From the human T2T-CHM13v2.0 reference genome, Homo sapiens, in the NCBI RefSeq assembly GCF_009914755.1, contig NC_060927.1: DNA of 64,000 bases; one strand, written 5' to 3'. Both the position numbers and the translations under genes were made by a program. The notes beneath the pieces were generated by a model. The model saw nothing but the letters and a program-made list of their open reading frames with translations. It did no database searches and was not told the DNA's origin. Positions 59,968-64,000 of this stretch are shown here, one piece after another; within the stretch, counting starts at the first letter, position 1; each line of letters opens with the position of its first letter.

Positions 59968-62269
59968 ATTTCTTAAAGCAAATGATAATGGAAAGACAGC
60001 ACACCAAAATCTATGGGATACAGCAAAAGCAGCACTCAGAGGGAAGTTTATAGCTACAACTGCTTACATAAAAAAGAGGAAAATCTTCAAAGAAACAATA
60101 TAACAATGCATCTTAAAAAACTAGAGAAGCAAGAGCAAAACAAACCCAAAATTAGTAGAAGAAAAGAAATAATAAAGATCGGAGCAGAAATAACTGAAAT
60201 TGAAATGAAAAAATAATGCAAAAGATCAATGAAATGAAAAGTTGGTCTTCTAAAAAGTTAAACAAGATTGAAAAATCTTTATTCATACTAACAAAGAAAA
60301 AAAGAGAAGATACAAAAACATAAAATCAGAAATGGAAAAGAAGACATTACAACTGATACCACAGAAATTCAAATGATCATTAGTGGCTACTATGAGCAAC
60401 TGTATGTCAATAAATTGAAAAACCTAGAAAATATAGACAAATTCCTAAACAAATATGACCAAGATTGAATGGAAGAAATCCAAAACCTGAATGAACCAAT
60501 AACATGTAACAAGATCAAAGCTGTAATAAAAAGTCTCCCAGTAAAGCAAAGCTCAGGACCTAATGGCTTCACTGCTGAATTCTACCAAACATTTAAAGAA
60601 GAATTAAAACTAGTTCTACTCAAACTGTTCTGAAAAATAGAGGAGAAGGGAATATTTTCAAACTCATACTATGAGTTTGGTATTATCCTGACAAAAACCA
60701 GACAAAGACACATTAAAAAAGAAAACTACAGGCAAATATTTTTGATTAATACTGATGCAAAAATTATTAACAAAATTCTAGCAAAATGAGTTCAACAATA
60801 GAAAGATTAGGAAGATCATTTATCATGACCAAATGGGATTTATCCCTGAGTGGCAAGGATGGTTCAACACATGCAGATCAATCAAGGTGATACATCATAT
60901 CAACAGAATGAAGAATGGAAACCAAATGATCATTTTAAATGATGTTGAAAAAGCATTTAATGAAACTCAACATTCCTTTATGATAAAAACCCTCAAAAAA
61001 CTGGGAAGAGAAGGTACATACCTAAAGGTAATAAAAGCCATATATGATAGACCCATAGCTAGTATCATACTGAATGGGGAAAAACTGAAAGCCTTTCCTC
61101 TAAAACCTGGAACATGACAAGACAAGGATGCTATCACCACTGTCATTCAACCTAGTACTGGAAGTCCTAGCTAGAGCAATTGGATCAGAGAAAAGTATAA
61201 AGGGCATCCAAACTGAAAAGGAAGAAGTCAAATTATTCTTGTTTGAAGATATGATTTTATATTTTGAAAAACCTAAAGAGTCCACAAGAAAACTATTAGA
61301 ACTGATATACAGATTCGGTAAAGTTGCACAATGCAAAATCAACATGCGAAAATGAGTTTCATTTCTATATGCCAGCAGTGAACAATGTGCAAAAGAAATT
61401 TTAAAAGTAATACCATTTTCAATAGCCACACATAAAATTAAACACTTAGAAATTAACTTAACCTAAGAAGTGAAAGATCTCTATAATGAAAACTATTAAA
61501 CACTGATGAAAGAAATTGAAGAGGACACCAAAAACTGTTTCATGTTCATGGATTGGAAGAATCAATATTGTTAAAATGACTGTACTACCAAAGGAATCTA
61601 ATCTATACATTCAATGCAATGTCTGCCAAAATACCAATGGCATTCTTCACAGAAATAGAAATAACAATCCTAAAATTTATATGGAATCACAAAAGATGCA
61701 GAATAGCCAAAGCTATCCAGAGCAAAAAGATCAAAACTGGGGGAATAACATTCCCTGACTTCAAGTTATACTACAGAGTAACCACAACAGCATGGTACTG
61801 GCGTAACAGACACATACATCAATGAAACAGAATAGAGAAACCAGAAACAGATTCACACGCCTAGAGTGAACTCATTTTTGACCAAGGTGCTGAGAACATA
61901 CAATGGGGAAAAGACAGTCTCTCCACAAAATTGTGCTGGAAAAACTGGATATCCATGTGCAAAAGAATGAAATGAGACCCCATCTCTCACCATATACAAA
62001 AGTCAAATAAAAATTAATTAAAAACTTAAATCTAAGACCTCAAACTATGAAATTACCACAATAAAACATTGGAGAAACTCTCCAGGACATCAGTCTGGAC
62101 AATAATTTATTGAAGAGTATCCTACAAGCACAGGCAACCAAAGCAAAAATGGACAAAGGGGGTTACATGAAGTTTTAAAGCATCTGCACAGCAAAGGATA
62201 CAATCAACATAATGAAGACAAATCCCACAGAATGGGAGAAAATATTTGCAAACTACCCATCTAACAAGG

Positions 62270-62343
62270 TGTGGGGTCTGTCCCACAGATCCTGACCCAA
62301 CGACAGATGAAAGATGTACACTGACACAGATATTTTGCCTGTC
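62270..62343 (-). mobile_element. 3' (U5) terminal fragment of an LTR3-like (HERV-K HML-6) LTR
   Basis: TGTGGGGTCTGTCCCACAGATCCTGACCCAACGACAGATGAA...GTACACTGACACAGATATT resembles the reverse complement of the LTR3 end as I recall it. Confidence 0.6.
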
Positions 62344-62462
62344 TGTTTGTCTCCATCTCTTTCTTGCTTCCCCTCTTTTCCTCTTGGTTGTCTGGGATGA
62401 GCTCCCTCCGGGCTGCCAGAGTGCCCAGGCTGGGTGCTGCAGGATCCCACGGAGAGTGCCAG

Positions 62463-63216
62463 TGAAAGGTGAAGCTGGCTGGGCTTCTGGGACTGGTGGG
62501 GACTTGGAGAACTTTTCTGTCTAGCTAAAGGATTGTAAACGCACCAATCAGCACTCTGTGTCTAGCTAAAGGTTTGTAAATGCACTAATCAGCACTCTGT
62601 CAAAACAGACCAATCAGCTCTCTGTAAAATGGACCAGTAGCAGGATGTGGGTGTGGCCAGATAAGGCAATAAAAGCAGGCCACCCAGCCAGCAGCAGCAA
62701 CCTGCTTGGGTCCCCTTCCATGCTGTGGAAGCTTTGTTCTTTAGCTCTTCACAATAAATCTTGCAGCTGCTCACTCTTTGGGTCTGGGCCACCTTTATGA
62801 GCTGTAACACTCACTACGAAGGTCTGCAGCTTCGCTCCTGAAGCCAGTGAGACCACGAACCCACCGGAAGGAACAAACAACTCCAGACACGCTGCCTTTA
62901 AGAGCTATAACACACACCGCAAAGGTCTGCAGCTTCGCTCCTGAAGCCAGTGAGACCACGAACCCACCGGAAGGAACAAACAACTCCAGACACGCCGCCT
63001 TTAAGAGCTATAACACTCACCGCAAAGGTCTGCAGCTTCACTCCTGAAGTCAGCGAGACCACAAACCCACCAGAAGGAATAAACTCCAGACACATCTGAA
63101 CATCTGAAGGAACAAACTCCAGACACACCATCTTTAAGAACTATAACACTCACCACAAGGGTCCGCAGCTTCATTCTTGAGTCAGCAAGACCAAGAACCC
63201 ACCAATTCTGGACACA
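62463..63216 (+). mobile_element. LTR12-family (HERV-9) solo LTR
   Basis: TGAAAGGTGAAGCTGGCTGGGCTTCTGG start, CTAGCTAAAGG/CACCAATCAGC repeats, AATAAA, 103-bp U5 repeats (62801, 62904, 63007) and end CCAATTCTGGACACA. Confidence 0.92.
62520..62700 (+). promoter_or_regulatory. LTR12 U3 CCAAT (NF-Y)/GATA motif cluster and AATAAAA TATA-like box
   Basis: CCAATCAG at ~62544 and ~62610, AGATAAG ~62659, AATAAAAGCAGG ~62668. This is the known ERV9 LTR promoter layout; activity at this copy is not shown. Confidence 0.5.
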
Positions 63217-64000
63217 CAATCACTATGGAGAACAGTTTGGCAGTTCCTCAGAAAAGTAAAAATTGAACTGCCATATGATCCAGCAATCTCATTGATGGAT
63301 ATATATCCATAAGACATACCCAAAAGAAAGGAAATCAGTATATCAAAGAGATATATGCACTCCTATGTTTGTTGCAGCACTGTTTAAAATAGCTGATTTA
63401 GAAGCAATCCAAGTGTTCATCAACAGATGAACAGATTTAAAAAATGTAGTACGTATACACAACAGAGTACTATTCAGCCATAAAAAAAGAATGAAATCCA
63501 GTCATTTGCAACACCATGGATGGAACTGGAGATCATTATGTTAAGTGAAATAAGCCAGGCACAGAAAAACAAACACATTGCCTGTTCTCTCTTATTTTGG
63601 GGATCTAACAATGAAAATAACTGAACTCATGGACATAGAGAGAAGGATGGTTACCAGAGGATGAGAAGGTTAGCTGGGGGCTGTGAGGGAAGTGGGTTGG
63701 TTAAGAAGTACAAAAATTAGAAAGAATGAATAAGAACTACTATTTGATAGCACAACAGGGTGCCTATAGTCAACAATAACTGGAGCATACTATTTAAAAT
63801 AAAGAGTGTAATTGGATTGTTTGTAACTCAAAGGATAAATGCTTTGAGGGGATGGATTTCCCATTCTCCATGATGTGATTATTTTACATACATGCCTGTA
63901 TCAAAACATCTCAAGTATTCCAGAAATATATGCACCTACTATGTACCCACAAAATTTTTTTAAAACAAACAAATAGGAAAACAGGATGTCAAACTATCTC

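Larger units (their letters stand above)
55418..63969 (+). mobile_element. Full-length L1MA2-like LINE-1 (inactive)
   Basis: 5' end GAGAGGCAAAGCAAAATGGCAGAATAGAAG, ~1.9-kb 5' UTR, ORF1 relic ~57330-58330, ORF2 relic from ~58820 and an L1MA1/2-type 3' UTR. Imperfect TSD CAAACAGGAAGAAAG (55403-55417) / CAAATAGGAAAACAG (63970-63984). Confidence 0.85.

Noticed and set aside
62795-63219. Overlapping repetitive ORFs and a regularly spaced array resembling CRISPR
   Set aside because: These are LTR12 U5 tandem units with no unique spacers, no cas genes and a eukaryotic context.

Overview
This is AT-rich, repeat-dense primate (most likely human) genomic DNA. No intact protein-coding gene can be supported, and the long ORFs are fragments of L1, Alu, ERVL or LTR12 repeats. 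The window holds layered retroelements: a decayed two-LTR ERVL-class provirus (LTR16/ERV3-16A3-like, ~7.06-13.13 kb, minus), a near full-length L1PA6/7-like element inside an older L1M, a 5'-truncated L1PA7-like element in an Alu tail, a twin-primed L1 interrupted by a full-length L1MA2-like element, six Alus (one near-consensus AluY), MaLR/MLT2/LTR33/LTR12 LTRs, MIR/L2, MER5A, MADE1 and a tRNA-Leu(AAG) pseudogene. The strongest leads are six. (1) A tRNA-Leu + AluSc unit apparently enclosed by one target-site duplication. (2) A composite LTR3-end + unique + LTR12 insert that replaces ~300 bp of L1. (3) Shared non-consensus substitutions between two inverted L1PA copies 23 kb apart, suggesting gene conversion. 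(4) An 18-nt minus-strand microexon-like unit, with other candidate exons of an unidentified host transcript. (5) A ~150-bp segment copied from ~28.3 kb into an MLT1 LTR at ~11.4 kb. (6) An inverted duplication with templated junction filler at 35.1/36.4 kb. All family and subfamily calls are by eye against recalled consensus sequences, boundaries of old repeats are approximate, and exon calls are motif-based only. I see no evidence of a new enzymatic or defence system.
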